64,000 nt of DNA, taken from the human T2T-CHM13v2.0 reference genome, Homo sapiens. A program made the translations under genes and the position numbers. The notes under the pieces were generated by a model. It saw only the letters and a list, made by a program, of their open reading frames with translations. It made no database searches and was not told where the DNA came from. Below are positions 27,853 to 48,222 of this stretch, in pieces. Location of the stretch: positions 29,504,001-29,568,000 of the forward strand of contig CP068257.2 of the NCBI GenBank assembly GCA_009914755.4. The letters run 5' to 3'. The first letter of the stretch is position 1, and each line of letters starts with the position of its first letter.

Positions 27853-28151
27853 GGCCGGGTGCAGTGGCTCACGCCTGTAATCCCAGCACTTTGGGAGGCC
27901 AAGGCGGGTGGATCACGAGGTCAGGAGATCGAGACCATCCTGGCTAACACGGTGAAACCCTGTCTCTACTAAAAATACAAAAAATTAGCAGGGCGTGGTG
28001 GCGGGTGCCTGTAGTCCTAGCTACTCGGGAGGCTGAGGCAGAAGAATGGCGTGAACCCGGGAGGCGGAGCTTGCAGTGAGCCGAGATCACGCCACTGCCC
28101 TCTAGCCTGGGCGACAGAGCGAGACTCCATCTCAAAAAAAAAAAAAAAAAA
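27853..28151 (+). mobile_element. Alu SINE (AluY-like); target-site duplication attatgggcaaca
   Basis: Near-consensus AluY with poly-A tail. The flanking direct repeat lies at 27841 and 28151. Confidence 0.92.
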
Positions 28152-28705
28152 TTATGGGCAACAATTTCAGTGTCTTGCACCAAAAAGTCAGGAGAACTTT
28201 CTTACTATGTTCAACTAAGGGAAAGTGTATTTGGATTAATTTTAAAATATGGTTTCTTTCCCTTTAACATAAAAGTTGCTCACTTTTAACAAGAGCTGAA
28301 TGCAGGTAATTCAAAAGGAGTTCATTACAGAAACCCTAAGTAGCAAGAAAGCATAGCTGACTCAATCCCACATACTTTTGATGCTGTTTCATCCTACACA
28401 AATGAAGATGTAATAGGGAAATGGAATAAAATTATGGCATTAACTGGGAGCTCCAGCAGTGGCAGAAATTTAAGAAAAGGGATTTTATTTCATTACGAGT
28501 GATTTCTCCCCTATATTCTCACATACAGGTTTGTTACCAAGGCTATAATTTGGATTTCATTTCCTGCTATTCAGCAACATCTCAGAAGCAAAAACACTTC
28601 GTCCATGGAGAGGCCTGGTAACCACATACAGCTGTGTAGGTGACATTGTCAGCTGTGATTCTTCAGTGGTTCAAAGCATGGGATGTGAAAATGAAAATCT
28701 CTCAC

Positions 28706-28809
28706 CTTGCTGCTGTGATCAGTCTCATCTGAGGATTCCAAGTCTGGCCCCTCGGTCTCCTCTGGAGCGGTCTCAGCACTGCTGCCCTGCTCGCTGCAAA
28801 GGCTGTGCC
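28706..28809 (-). CDS. TIAM1: TIAM1 coding exon (linker between PDZ and DH), 104 nt; (G)HSLCSEQGSSAETAPEETEGPDLESSDETDHSSK
   Basis: Acceptor is tctgacag|GG, donor is AGCAAG|gtgaga. I located this exon by predicting its peptide from recalled TIAM1 sequence. It joins the PDZ exon (…NP+G) and the DH exon (STEQ…) in frame. Confidence 0.85.
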
Positions 28810-29031
28810 CTGTCAGATGAAATCAGAAGAAAATGTGGGTCAACATGGACAGTAATTGCTAAAAGCCACCCCTGTGTGAGGGGGACAAGGAATCTCGCTC
28901 ATGACATGTACATATACTGTAAGACCCTCCAAGTACAAGCTCCATCACCTGGGCTCAATCAAATTAAAATGATAGTTGTTACTGTTACTACTAGTATTAT
29001 TACTTTATATTTTTCATAATAAATAATAGTT

Positions 29032-29410
29032 GTTGTGGATTGAATGTCTTTGTCTCCCCCCATACAAATTCTTATGTTGAAGACCTACCCCTCAATGTAA
29101 TAGTAGTTAGAAGAGGGATGTTTGGGAAGTAATTAAGTTTAGATGAGGTCATGAGGGTGGGGTCCCCATGGATGAGATTAGTGTCATAAGAAGAGATAGA
29201 AACCAGAGTTCGTTTTCTCTCTACCATGTAAGGACACAGTAAAAAGGCAGCCGTCTGTAAGCCAGGAAAAGAGCCCTCACCAGGAAACTGAATTGGTTAG
29301 TACCCAGATGATGGGGCTTCCCAGGCTCTAAAACCATGAGAAATAAATGAGTGTTGTTTAAGCCACTCAGTTTATGGTATTTTGTTACAACAGCCTAAGT
29401 TAAGACAATA
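29032..29410 (+). mobile_element. MaLR-type LTR (MST/MLT-like)
   Basis: Reads …gaggtcatgagggtggggtccccatggatgagattagtgtcataagaagag…accatgtaaggacacagtaaaaaggcagccgtctgtaagccaggaaaagagccctcacc…aaataaatgagtgttgtttaagccactcagtttatggtattttgttacaacagcctaagttaagaca. Confidence 0.6.
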
Positions 29411-30832
29411 ATAATTTATAATAAAAGAATATATATATTATATACTAAAAAATTAACTGATTTTGTTGATTTTACAATTAGCAAATTGATGAATTAATTC
29501 ATTAATTACTAAAATAATTAAATAAGCCATACTGAGAACAGTACAACAAAAAAAATGACTGTCCCATATCCATTACCTGAAAAATCCTGCAACGTCTGTT
29601 TTTGCCATGTCTGGCAAACTATAAACATCTTATAATACCTGCTCTTCCCATGATATTCTGTGCAAAAGTGCAAGCAACTTTCTTCCTTTGCTATTTACTG
29701 AGTGCCCACCACAGTGGTTCTCTATAGTGGTCCTCTGCGTTGAGAAGAGAATATGAGGATCACTTTCCCCTGGGGTGCTTCTCAAACTGACAGAGCATCT
29801 GGATCCCCAGGGGAACATGTTTAATGCAGATTCTCATTCAACAGGCATGGGGTTGGGCCTAAGACTGTGTGTTCCTTACTAGCTCCGAATGATACTAATC
29901 AAAACTGCAGGTCCATGGACCACACTTGGAATAGAAAGACTCTAGAACATTAAAAACCTTCTCTAATTGAATCTGAGAAGACAGTGGATTGAGTACCACT
30001 GTCCTAAAATATGAGGCACTGGATCACGGACTAGAGCACTATCAATATAACCAGACAAGAGAGAAGGAAAGAGAAGAAATGGGAGCAGAAGGAGCCCCTG
30101 ATGCTTTAGATGAAAGATTCCGTCTGCAAAGTGGCTACCTTGCTCCAATGACACCATTACAGCTGTAAGCTGCCTGGCAACACTTTCTATTCAGGTCCAA
30201 GCTGGCCAGGAAAGTTAGGGAGGAAGTGGACCCCTGAGCAAACTTGGCACCAATGCTGCCTCCTACCATCCCTTTCTTCTCTGGAATGAAGCACCAACTA
30301 AGTGAGTGTACCCTGAATGGCTTAGAGGTTTCTGTGTGTTTCCCCACCTTTTGGCTCTGGCTCTTGGATTTTCTTGTGTTACTTTTCAGTATTCAATCAC
30401 TCATTACTTGCTCTTAAGGTGGTAGTGGTCAAAGAAGGAAGCTCAGTTAACTTGGCAGATATCATCTATGGCAACTGCCATTGCCAAAGCAAAAGTGCTT
30501 GAATATTTTGCACAGGGGCAATGACCTAGGTACAGGTACTGATCCCTGATGTGGAACAGCTGACAAGCTCATCTGGGAACACAATGGCAACAGCACTCAG
30601 TGCTCTGATCACAGGAACCACAGCATCCTCAGTGGGACGTCCGGAGCAGCCAGGAGGCACGACTGACAGGGGCCCCCTTCACACTGTGGTCTGCAGAATC
30701 ACAACCTCCTGGAGTTGAACAACCCATATACACTGTGCAGAGAAATGCTGTAACCCTGCACATCCCATCGCTCACAATGCCTAGGATAGCTGATGCTCAT
30801 AAAATAGTGGGAAAGCAAATAAAAGGATTTCC

Positions 30833-31126
30833 TTTTTTTTTTTTTTTTTTTTGAGATGGAGTTTCACTCTTGTCACTCAGGCTGGAGTGCAGTGGTGCAA
30901 TCTCAGCTCACTTCAACCTCTGAGTCCTGGGTTCAAGTGATTCTCCTGCCTCAGCCTCCCCAGTAGCTGGGATTACAGGTGTGCACCACCATGTCCGGCT
31001 AACTTTTGTATTTTTAGTAGAGACAGGGTTTCACCATGTTGGTGAGGCTGGTTTTGAACTCCTGAATGCGCCCACCTCGGCCTCCCAAAGTGCTGGGATT
31101 ACAGGCATGAGCCACAGTGCCCGGCT
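30833..31126 (-). mobile_element. Alu SINE
   Basis: Begins with poly-T then gagatggagtttcactcttgtcactcaggctggagtgcagtgg… and ends …gcatgagccacagtgcccggct. Confidence 0.9.
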
Positions 31127-31839
31127 GGATTTTCATTTTTAATAATACCGTTGAGAGCCAGGTTTCCTGAAGAGCAAACAAATAAATCTACAAAACACTT
31201 AGAAATGCTAAATAAAGTAAAACAAATGTCCTTTTTAAACAAAGCTGAGCTCCGAAAACTCTCCAAAGCCCAAATGAAGAAGATAAAGTTGATAAAGGAA
31301 GTGGGGTAGTGTCCATGCTATGGCAGCCTAAGTATATCCATCAATCCCCAAGCCCTAAAACGGCGTTTCCCACAGGGTGTGAGAACCTGTTGGTGTTAGC
31401 AGGGGGACAATTCTTTTGGGACAGAATTGTGCACTTCGTAGGTACACTTGGCACTAGGCTCCCTGGCTCCTGAGCACCAAACGATTAGGACTTGATTGCC
31501 ACTGTGACAATCAAAAATGTACCCACACATTTCCCAACAGCAGCACCACCCAGTTTGAGACCCACTCCCTGGAGCCTTCGGTTTTAACTGTAAGCCCATG
31601 ATACATGATACAGAAAACAGGGCTTGGGTCAGTACAACTTCAGGAGTTAGAAGTGAATGTCCCACATTCATATGGTTCCCCTGAGGGGCTACACCCCTCA
31701 GTCTAAAAAGACATAGACTAAAAGAGAAAAGTGCTCACTGGCAAAAGAAAAAGAGATGGAAAAAGAAATTCTGCCTATACTTTGGGGTAGGAGGGTGGAA
31801 AAGGAATACAGCAGGTTTCTTCCCTGAGATTCTTATTAT

Positions 31840-32135
31840 TTTTTTTTTTTTTTGGAGACGTAGTTTCACTCTGTCGACCAGGCTGGAGTGCAGTGGTGTG
31901 ATCTCAGTTCACTGCAACCTCCGCCCCATGGGTTCAAGTGATTCTCCTGCCTCAGCCTCCTGAGTAGCTGGGATTACAGGTGCCCGTCACCACGCTGGCT
32001 AATTTCTGTATTTTTAGTAGAAATGGGGTTTTGCCATGTTTGCCAGGCTGGTCTTGAACTCTTGACCTCAGGTGATCTGCCCACCTCGGCCCCCCAAAGT
32101 GCTGGGATTAGAGGCATGAGCCACCAGGCCCAGCC
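31840..32135 (-). mobile_element. Alu SINE flanked by the direct repeat ttccctgagattctt
   Basis: Alu consensus in minus orientation. The target-site duplication lies at 31820-31834 and 32137-32152. Confidence 0.9.
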
Positions 32136-32145
32136 TGTTCCCTGA

Positions 32146-32443
<298 letters not shown>

Positions 32444-32700
32444 CCCTGACATTCTAATCATAGGACTGACTTCATGTGTTTGTATTCCAAGGCATCTGGT
32501 AGGAGCAAAAACAAATCTACTCTGGTAGAATTCACTCTTAATGATGATATCATATAATACCCAGAGATAGAGCTTGGTCAAAGAAGAACCCATAATCCCA
32601 TATTATAAAACACAAGAGGCAACACATCACTATGAGCAAGAGGCAACAGACACAATAACTGACAAAATCAGGCCACCAAGGAATGACACCGCAATGATCA

Positions 32701-33062
<362 letters not shown>

Positions 33063-33064
33063 AA

Positions 33065-35290
<2,226 letters not shown>

Positions 35291-36463
35291 TTTTTATCCC
35301 CATATGTCATGTTTTCTACCCTTAACTGAAGGTAAAAATCAATAAAATGAATTAAAATGGGCAATGCAGTTTGTAGCAGATCATTTGCAAAGATGACAGT
35401 GATTATTTCTTTCATCTCTTTAAGCGCAGACTTTTATGTCTATTTCGCCACTCCATGAATTTGGGCTGGTGTTGTGATTTGCTTTGATAATATGTTAATT
35501 GTGATCCAAGGCCTCAAGTGACTTTGCAGTCTCTGGTCTTGCCCTGCTGGGAACTCTGAGCCCACCATACAAAGAAATCTCAAGCTAACCTCCCATGAGA
35601 GACCCCAAGGAGAGGAGGCCCAGCTGTTTAGTCACCATACGTGGGAGTGAGTAAGGCCATCTTAAACCCTCCAGCCCCAGTCAGACCACTGGATCACAGA
35701 GTCACATGAGTGACTCCAGGGAAGGTTAGCAGAACAACCAACCAGCTGAGTCTGGCCCAAACTGCTGAGCCACAGAACAGTGAGCAAGTAAAACAGTTGT
35801 TTCAGAGTGGTCTATTACGTGGTAGTAGATAACCAATAAGTGGTGAGGGGGAATTTCATGATACCAGAAAGCCAGAAAGCAGGAGGTGACAGTGGTACGC
35901 TTCAAGGAAGCTGAGGAGAGACACCAGCATGGCAGGAAGAGGGAATTCAAGTGGGAAAGGGCATTGTTCTCACTCCCATACTTGAGGGCCTTCTCTAAAC
36001 ACTCCCAGCTTAAGAAGTGTAGACAACAACATGGTCAAGTTTGTTTGTTTTTTTTTTAATCCCATACAAACAGAGTTTTGCAATTTCCTACTCTAGCTTC
36101 CCCTGTGCTACTCACAATAGTAGTAGGTGAGCGGCTTTCCCCTAATGACAGAAATTGGAGGAATTATCCTCTTTGTTCTGGACATTCCTGTCCCCACCTA
36201 CTTACCAGGAAACAAAGCACGACAGCTCTGCTACCAATCAGAGAGAGAAGAAAGCTGAAGATAAGGCTCAGTCGTGGCTGGAGAAGCAGGATGCCCATCC
36301 ACATCCCAGTACTGAGCACACTGCCAGGCATGCAGCAGGGGACCGGGGGAGAGGAAGAGGGCTCGGTCTAGAGAGACAAAGTCTCAGGGAATGAAGAAGC
36401 CCAGAGCAGGACTGTGGACTCTCTCAGACAGGGATCATAGGCCAAATCAAAAGCTGCTATAGA

Positions 36464-36633
36464 GCCCGGCGCAGTGGCTCACAACTGTAATCCCAAACTC
36501 TTGAGAGGTTAGAGCAGGAGATCACTTGAGTCCAGGAGTTCAAGGCTGCAGTGAACCATGATTGTGACACTGCACTCTAGCATGGGTGACAGAGAGAAAC
36601 CCCAACTCTATTTGAAAGTAAGAAAAAAAAAAA
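36464..36633 (+). mobile_element. Alu-derived element with a central deletion (left-arm 5' part fused to right-arm 3' part)
   Basis: Reads gcccggcgcagtggctcacaactgtaatcccaaac…ggctgcagtgaaccatgattgtgacactgcactctagcatgggtgacagagagaaaccc and ends in a poly-A. Confidence 0.7.
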
Positions 36634-37247
36634 CTGCGGTAACCCTGTAAATAGAATTGATTGTTGTGAACAGGTAAAATCAATGCTTTGCCTTTTAAGT
36701 TACCTACAATAATATTTTTGTGACTGCAAAAACGTTTGCAATCAGTACCTCTGACGCACCATCAACAGGACAGACAACGAGGAGATTTGGGGAAGTACAA
36801 ACATATTAGTGCAGTTTACATTGAGATTTACCTTTCATTTACCCAGATTACACACATCTACTTTGGTTTCATTCAAGTCCATGTGGGACTTAAGCTTAAG
36901 GAGGAAGAAAAAAAATTCTGGCCTCGTGAGATGTCTTAACAATGTGCTCTAAGCAGACCCTCCAATTCAAACATTGACAAAGAGAAACAATTACAACACG
37001 AAACTTTTAAAAGGTCTTTTTAATGCCTGAGTTTAAATCCCTGATGGAAAAAAAACGTTTGGGGGTGGGGGCAAAAGAAAGCTTAAACACTGTCAATAAA
37101 GATATTTAGCTGGAACTCAACTGTTAGGATATAATTTTATTTTGCGTTTCAGTCATTTTACTGTTATAAGATTTTAAGAATTCCATATAAATACCCATAA
37201 TAACATCAGCATAAACACTCACCCCTCCAACAAAGCTAAAAAACAAA

Positions 37248-37265
37248 GCAAGAAAGAAAGAGAGA

Positions 37266-37297
<32 letters not shown>

Positions 37298-37316
37298 AGA
37301 AAAGAAAGAAAGAAAG
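37248..37316. repeat. (GA)n/(GAAA)n purine microsatellite
   Basis: Sequence is aagaaagaaagagagagcgagagaaagagagagagagagagagaaaagaaaagaaagaaagaaagg. Confidence 0.9.
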
Positions 37317-37619
37317 GAATGTTACAATTTGAACTTGGTAGACAAATAATAACTCCTTTTTAATCAAATGTCACAAAATCTCAGTTTTTGTTTCCTATAA
37401 AGAGAAATTTAAAATTCCATTAAAACTGTAGATTTAAAATAGTAACTTCTTTTTAGTCAAATGTCACAAAATCTCAGTCTTTGTTTCCTATAGAAATTTA
37501 AAAATCCATAAAAACTTACTAATCCTGTTAGCTTGTTGTGAAAGTCAAATATACATTAACAATCTTTAAAAATATCAAAATAGAGCATCTCAGTCTCCGA
37601 AACATGTTTTTTCACACGC

Positions 37620-38300
37620 AGGATTTGACGGTGTCATCAGTCAAATCTCACTGGAAGTTACCCCGCCCCCGGCCATAGCAGGGCCCACGCAGGCAGGCCA
37701 TGTGCTGTGTGACAAGAAGCACAGCAGGCCGACAGTTTACGAGGCGCGCGTGTCTCCAAATGTTATCGACAAACAAACAGAGGACCATGTGCTGCCGGGT
37801 ATCTGTGAGACTTCAGAGAATCTGAAGCCCTGGACCATATTTGTTTGTGGGAAGAGAAATCTGTGCAGTTCCTCTTCCTTTGCCGCCCCTCCCTGCCGCC
37901 TGACTGTCTTCGGTTTTCAGAATCGAGCTCCAGGCCATCTCCATGGAACATCAGACCAAAATAGAACCTCACACTTCACGGGTACTGCACAGAGGCACGT
38001 CCTGCCCATGCAGACCAAGCGGCTGTCCGTGCTCAGCACTTGGCAATTCCTCTCTCTGAAGCAAGGTGCCTTCGACTTTCACGGCTATCACAGAGGCCTT
38101 TCCTGTTCAACAAACGCTGCTTAATCTACTTCCTGCAGGAGGGACACTGGTCTGGACTGCAGAGCACAAGCTTCCACTTGGCATCAGACAGACACGCCTG
38201 AGGTTTATCAAAGGATCTGACTCTGCAACTCCAGCGCTGGCCCTAATTGCCTTTAACATGCCATAGGCCTGCTGTTAGCCACACGCACTTGGCTTTCTCC
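37620..38300. promoter_or_regulatory. CpG-retaining, repeat-free GC block with a GC box (ccccgcccccggcc at about 37661); candidate weak CpG island, internal promoter or enhancer
   Basis: About 28 CpGs in about 700 bp, including the run tacgaggcgcgcgtg. It has long ORFs on both strands (140 aa on plus, 69 aa on minus) that resemble no protein I recognise, as expected for GC-rich non-coding DNA. Confidence 0.3.
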
Positions 38301-38374
38301 AACACCACAGCAGGAATAACCATTTTTTGAACAAGAAGCAGCTCTTGGAACGCTGGAACTTTTATTATTTTTAA

Positions 38375-38987
<613 letters not shown>

Positions 38988-39245
38988 CTCTGGCACTTTT
39001 ATTGTAATCCTGTGGGCTACTCACTGAGGTAAACCAAGGCACCTGCTTCGCCCCAACTGGTCAAGTGGAATTCTAGGGACAATCACAGCACAGCTGTATA
39101 AACCACAAAAATAAAGTGAACGTGAACCCAAAGAGAGAGAGAAACAGGCGTTTGAAACTTCGGAAAGACACTAATGGTGTCACTTCAACTATGATTCTTA
39201 TAATTTGCATAAAAGCTGAGGTTTTGCATAATTACTGTTACATAA

Positions 39246-39728
<483 letters not shown>

Positions 39729-40879
39729 TGATAGAGCTATACCTTTTAATAAATTAGGCCAGTAGTTCTCAACTGGGTAAGATTTGGCTGCCCAGTGGCC
39801 TTTTGGCAATGTCTGAAGATATGTTTGATGGGCACAACTTGGGGAGGTGGCGTACTATTGTCTCGTAGTGGCTTGCAGGGGTACTGCTAAACATCAACAC
39901 ACAGGACAGCTCCCCACAGCAAAGCATTACCTAGCCCAGATTGTTAATATTGCTAGATAAGATCAGTATTCAAAATAAATCACACAAGAACACAAGAGAG
40001 ACTTTTTTGAAACCTCATACAAATACAGTTCTGCAACTTCCTATTCTAGCTTCCCCTTCACTGCTAAGATCTTTTTATAAAAACAGCCACTGAAGGAACT
40101 ATCTTTTTGTCCTAGACATCCTTCCCTTTTTTTCCTACCAATATGTATGAAAACAAATGCTTAAAAAAAAAACCAAAACAGATGAAAGTAGCTCCAGTAA
40201 GACTGCAACCAGAACTCAGGGATGGCAAACAGCCAAGGATAGGAAACTGAGTCTTACAGAGAACACTCAGCATAGACTCTCCTTATGCAGATCCTGGCTT
40301 TCTAAGCCAACGTGGCAACCCATTCAGCAGGCTTCCCTCGTAAACCAAGGAACGGGAGAATGGAGAATGTACTACAGGACCACCTAACAAATTTTCATTA
40401 CAAAAAAATCTCAATGAAGCAGATCACAAAATGTGATCAAGAAACTATAGAAGGTTTGCATGTCACCGTAAAATTCCAATTATCTTATGATTCCACCAAG
40501 ACAAGAAAAAGGACAGGGAGCAGTAACCAGGAAGAGTTGGTGACCTAAGGCAGTGGCTCCCAACCAGGGCTGGACATTAGAAGCAACCACCGGAACAAAT
40601 GCAGACCCAGACCCCATCCCACACTAGGTGACTCATGAGCTCTGAAAAAGGGCCCAGGAACCTCAGCATTCTAGACTACAGCATTCAGTTCTTTCTACTC
40701 GAGAAAGGAAAATATGAACAAGCTGTAATTCACAAACTTAGTTATCAGGTAATTCACCTGTTGCAGACTGAGGTGGCGTAGAAGGCAGGGAGAATACTGA
40801 AAAAGAGCAATCTCTGGTCATAGGCCAGGGAATCCTCATGTCCCCCATAAGAGAATGGCTTCAGGTACAAAACATTTAT

Positions 40880-41380
<501 letters not shown>

Positions 41381-41983
41381 CTAAGTTCCAAATAACTTGG
41401 TTCCAGGCCCTAATCTTCGCCACTAGGCTGTGATGCTTCTACATAGAAGAAACAAACCTCTCTATGAGAAAGCAGTTCAGAAATAATCCAACTTTGAAAG
41501 CTAATCCCATACTCACTCAGGGTCCTTAAGGGAGGACCTGGCCAAGTCTGACCACTTGAGTTTGTGAGACTGTGGAGCTCTGCAGGACAAGCCTCCAGCA
41601 GCCAGGTAGCAGCCAGCACTCACGTGGACCCCAAGGTCCCTGAGACCCAGCAAGGCTCTCTGTCGAGGACACCAATCATCCACCTTAACTTACTCCCATC
41701 AAACCTCAAACCTGCCACTCAGGATGTTTCCTATTTTTGTTACTTCTAAATTTAGACTAAGGCTGTAGTCCATCCTGCCCGTTGTACAAAATTTTCTCGG
41801 TTGTTTTCTATTTTAACTGCAGTGGTCTGCTGATACTGCTTTATCTCTGCCCCATCACAGAGCAATCTTTCAGTTATTTTATCCTGTTTATTTGCCTCCA
41901 CTTTTATCTTCCACTGTTAAGTGGGGACTAGGAAGCAGAAGCAATCAGAAGGCAGATAGGCAGAGACCCAGGTGGGGAAGTGA

Positions 41984-42347
<364 letters not shown>

Positions 42348-42477
42348 CAGGAATTCTTCTGAAATTTACTAATTTTGAAGCCAGTTTAGAAACTTTACCA
42401 AAAACAAAAACAACAAAACAATACAGTGGCTTTACTTCCATGCTTTATTCCTGAGTCAGTCTGATTACCTAACTTGA

Positions 42478-42836
<359 letters not shown>

Positions 42837-42847
42837 TAAAGCAATGT

Positions 42848-43165
<318 letters not shown>

Positions 43166-43588
43166 CTACATTAAAACATAAACTGGAGGACAAAATTTGA
43201 GTCATAGTTATTATCAAACTTTCAGCTCCATGCCTGGCACATAGTAAATACTTAAAAAATATCAGCTCCGAGTTATGGCCGCTTAATTGAAAAAAAAAAA
43301 AAACCTTCCAAAGATGATCCCAAAATTGCAGTTTTAATGTGTTTTAAAATAATGGCAGGGTCCATGGATTTAGCGCACAGCCTCCAAAGGTGAGCGGTCT
43401 GAAGGAGGTAACGTGGTCAGTTGTAAAGTCCAGTTGTTTAGTTTAAAACTCCACCACACAAAAGACCAGACAGCAACTGTATACACAGAAATACTCAGAT
43501 ATTTCTAAAATAGATATATATAAAATGCATTTTAAAAATCTTTTAAATGCATTTCAAGATTTATTCAATGCATTTTAAACTCTATTAA

Positions 43589-43997
<409 letters not shown>

Positions 43998-45400
43998 CTA
44001 TCCTTAAAAAAACAAATTGTGAGCAATCTCAGTCATACTTTACATCAGGGACAGCGAATTTGATGTGTAAAGGGCCATAGAGTAAACACTTTTGGCTTTG
44101 TAGACCCTAAGTCCTTGTCACAACGACTCAACTCTGCCATTACAGAAGGAAAACAGCCAGAGACAAGGTGTAAATGAATGGCATGACTGTGTTCCAATAA
44201 AACTTTATTTACAAAAACAGGTGGTGGGCTGCTTTTAGCCTATGGATTATAGTTTACCCACCTCTTTTTTTTTTTATATCTGTAACCCAGAAGAAGGGCT
44301 CAGACAGAAGAAAAAAATCCAAAGAAAGTTGAGTACACACTGTTGCTTATAGCACATATGTGCAAGCTTATAAAATCCTTTAAATAATCTAATCTAACAT
44401 AATATGTCTCATTCAAAGTCATATTCCAGAAACAACTCTATCTGTGAACCGTTTTATGGGATCGATCCTGCCATCTTGTGGTCACATGAAATAACAGCCT
44501 TTATAGTCTTCATTCTCCTTTACTAAGGGTACACAACTCACTGGAGCCACTTTTCAAAAATTTGATTGGGATGTGGGGACCACAATAACATAATGAGTCA
44601 AGGAAGTCAACTGTAACTGAGAGCAATCAATTTTCTGAAGCTTCAACTTGTCAAAATCTTCCAAGGAGCCAATGGACAAAAGAATGAGGGGTCCAACTTC
44701 CTTAGCAAGCCAAGCTTCAGAAAATGATTTGAAAAACAACAATAGCAGGGCAAGAATATCCAACTACCCAAGAGCCTTCCATTTCAGATTTTGAACAGAA
44801 CGCTCCTTTTGTATCCCAAGCTTTGAAAAGAGAAAATAATGACAAAACCCCAACTTACTAAATCAACCCAAACCCGAGAACCCGGTCATGGAGAAATAAA
44901 TGATAGTAATCTATGCTGTTCATCTGTTCCATCACTCACTCACTCTCTTGCTGAACAAGAAAGGGCCACCCATGTAGCAAACCACATGTAAAGAGCCGGG
45001 AAGACAAAAATGAGGAATATAAACCCAGTCTCAGGAAACACATTTAGGCGAAAAGAGAGACACAAGCAAGTAAGAATCGCATGATCTAATGAGGGCCCAT
45101 ATGGAAGTCAAATTTGCAGGGTTGTGGGGGCCCAGAGGAGAGAGCTAACTCTATGGGGTCCCAGGAAGACTTCGAAAGGCAGGTGGCACTCACGCTGCTT
45201 CTAGTAGAATGAGCACAGGTTGCCAGAAGGAGCGGGGAGAGGAAGGAAGGGCAGGGCAGGGGGGTCACTGAAGCGCTCGGGTTCAGTCTTCAGGTTGAAA
45301 AAGTCCAAAAGACAAACAGAGCTCTGCACACATTTCCACTCTGGGCCTCTCAGCATCTCAGCTCACGTCCTTCTCTCAGACAGCAGGAAAGCAGGGCTGA

Positions 45401-45801
<401 letters not shown>

Positions 45802-46140
45802 CCAATTCCCAACACTTCTGTGCCTCTGTATCTCTATCCACAGCAAAGTCTTCTAAATATTCACCTTTCCCCAAAATGAGAAACAGCAGAAGCATTATAA
45901 AGCTGCCCATGGGTGACAGGTGGATCTGTAGCAAAACAGTTCTATGAGAAAATAAAGTTCCCTGCGCCTTTGAAATTTCAACAGGAAATGCAGGGCCAGT
46001 CATCAGCCCATCTTGCACACACATTTTATACCACCTGCCAGACAGAGGCACTCACTGAAACACACAAGCCGCATGATAAACTCCCCGGGTCGTGGCACAA
46101 CGGAGTTCAGACTCGCCCCCAGCACCCTGCACAGCCATAC

Positions 46141-46365
46141 CTGGGTTGCTGGTGAGAAAGGCGAGGGGGCTCTCGCCAAGGTCGGCAGGGCCGTCCACTC
46201 GGTGGGGCGGGCTTTCCAGCAGCTCCACTCCTTCCTCCAGCTCGGGGTAGGTCCTCACCAGGAGGCCCAGCGAGGGCTGTGAGAGGAAATCTTTGAGCAT
46301 AGAAGAGTTCAGGGCGTCAGCAGCACGATTATTGATCTCAAGAATCTCATCTCCTGCTTTCAGGC
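46141..46365 (-). CDS. TIAM1: TIAM1 coding exon (second half of PDZ domain), 225 nt; (G)LKAGDEILEINNRAADALNSSMLKDFLSQPSLGLLVRTYPELEEGVELLESPPHRVDGPADLGESPLAFLTSNP(+G)
   Basis: Acceptor is tcttgcgttggcag|GC, donor is AACCCAG|gtatgg. The split codons join in frame with the exons at 50721-50807 and 28706-28809. Confidence 0.9.
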
Positions 46366-47268
46366 CTGCCAACGCAAGATGGAAAATTTTTAATTTCACA
46401 CACATTATCAGAACACAACAGCTTAGGAGCTCTGCTATAAAGGGCACACCTGCTGTGGGTCTCACAGCCCCAGGTGCTGCTGCAGACAGGCTGCGGTGCT
46501 CGGGAGTGATCCTCAGGAGAGGACAGGGGCCTCAGGTTCTGAAGGTTCTAGATTTGCAGGTTACAACATGCCTAGCTGGTCCTTCATACATCAAGCAAAC
46601 AAACTTACTCCTTCATTAATTTGTGTGTTCCAAGCATCTGCAAATTTCTCACAAATGCTAATTAATTCCGGTTATCTTCCTACACTTTTGGGGCGGGGCG
46701 AGCGGGGAATGGCAGTGCTCTCTGATGACTGCCATCACTGTGTTTTGTACATGTTCATGCCTCAGTGCACACTTAAGTCACAGCCAGCTAATATCTATTG
46801 ATTATTTCCAAGGAACCAAAATGCAGGGCGTTCACTCTGGCTATGAGGACAGAAGTAAGAATGTCTCATTCCAAATACACTTAGAGATGACAGTTTCAAG
46901 AACCCAATGCAATCATTTTGTCCTTTTTTGTTTTGTTTTCAAACTACATCTGAACCTTGGGATGAATCTCTTTTGGTAGATCCCCAAAGGATCTGCTAGG
47001 GGAATTGCCAAAATTTGGGACCCAAGGGAACGACCATGAACAAGCCCAACCTAGAAGAACAGCAAGTTGAGACACCAAGGTGCAGTTCAAACTCGCACTG
47101 GAAGAACATTCCAGCAGCCTGAGAAATGGAGAGGGTGGGAAGAACATGAAAGAAAATAAAATAATCCTTTCAGCTAGGGAGAGAAAAGGAGCCCAATTTC
47201 TAATTTTATACACCAATATGGAAAAACCAACTTGAAAAAGGGAGTGAGCGAAGGGCAGGCAAAGATAA

Positions 47269-48222
<954 letters not shown>

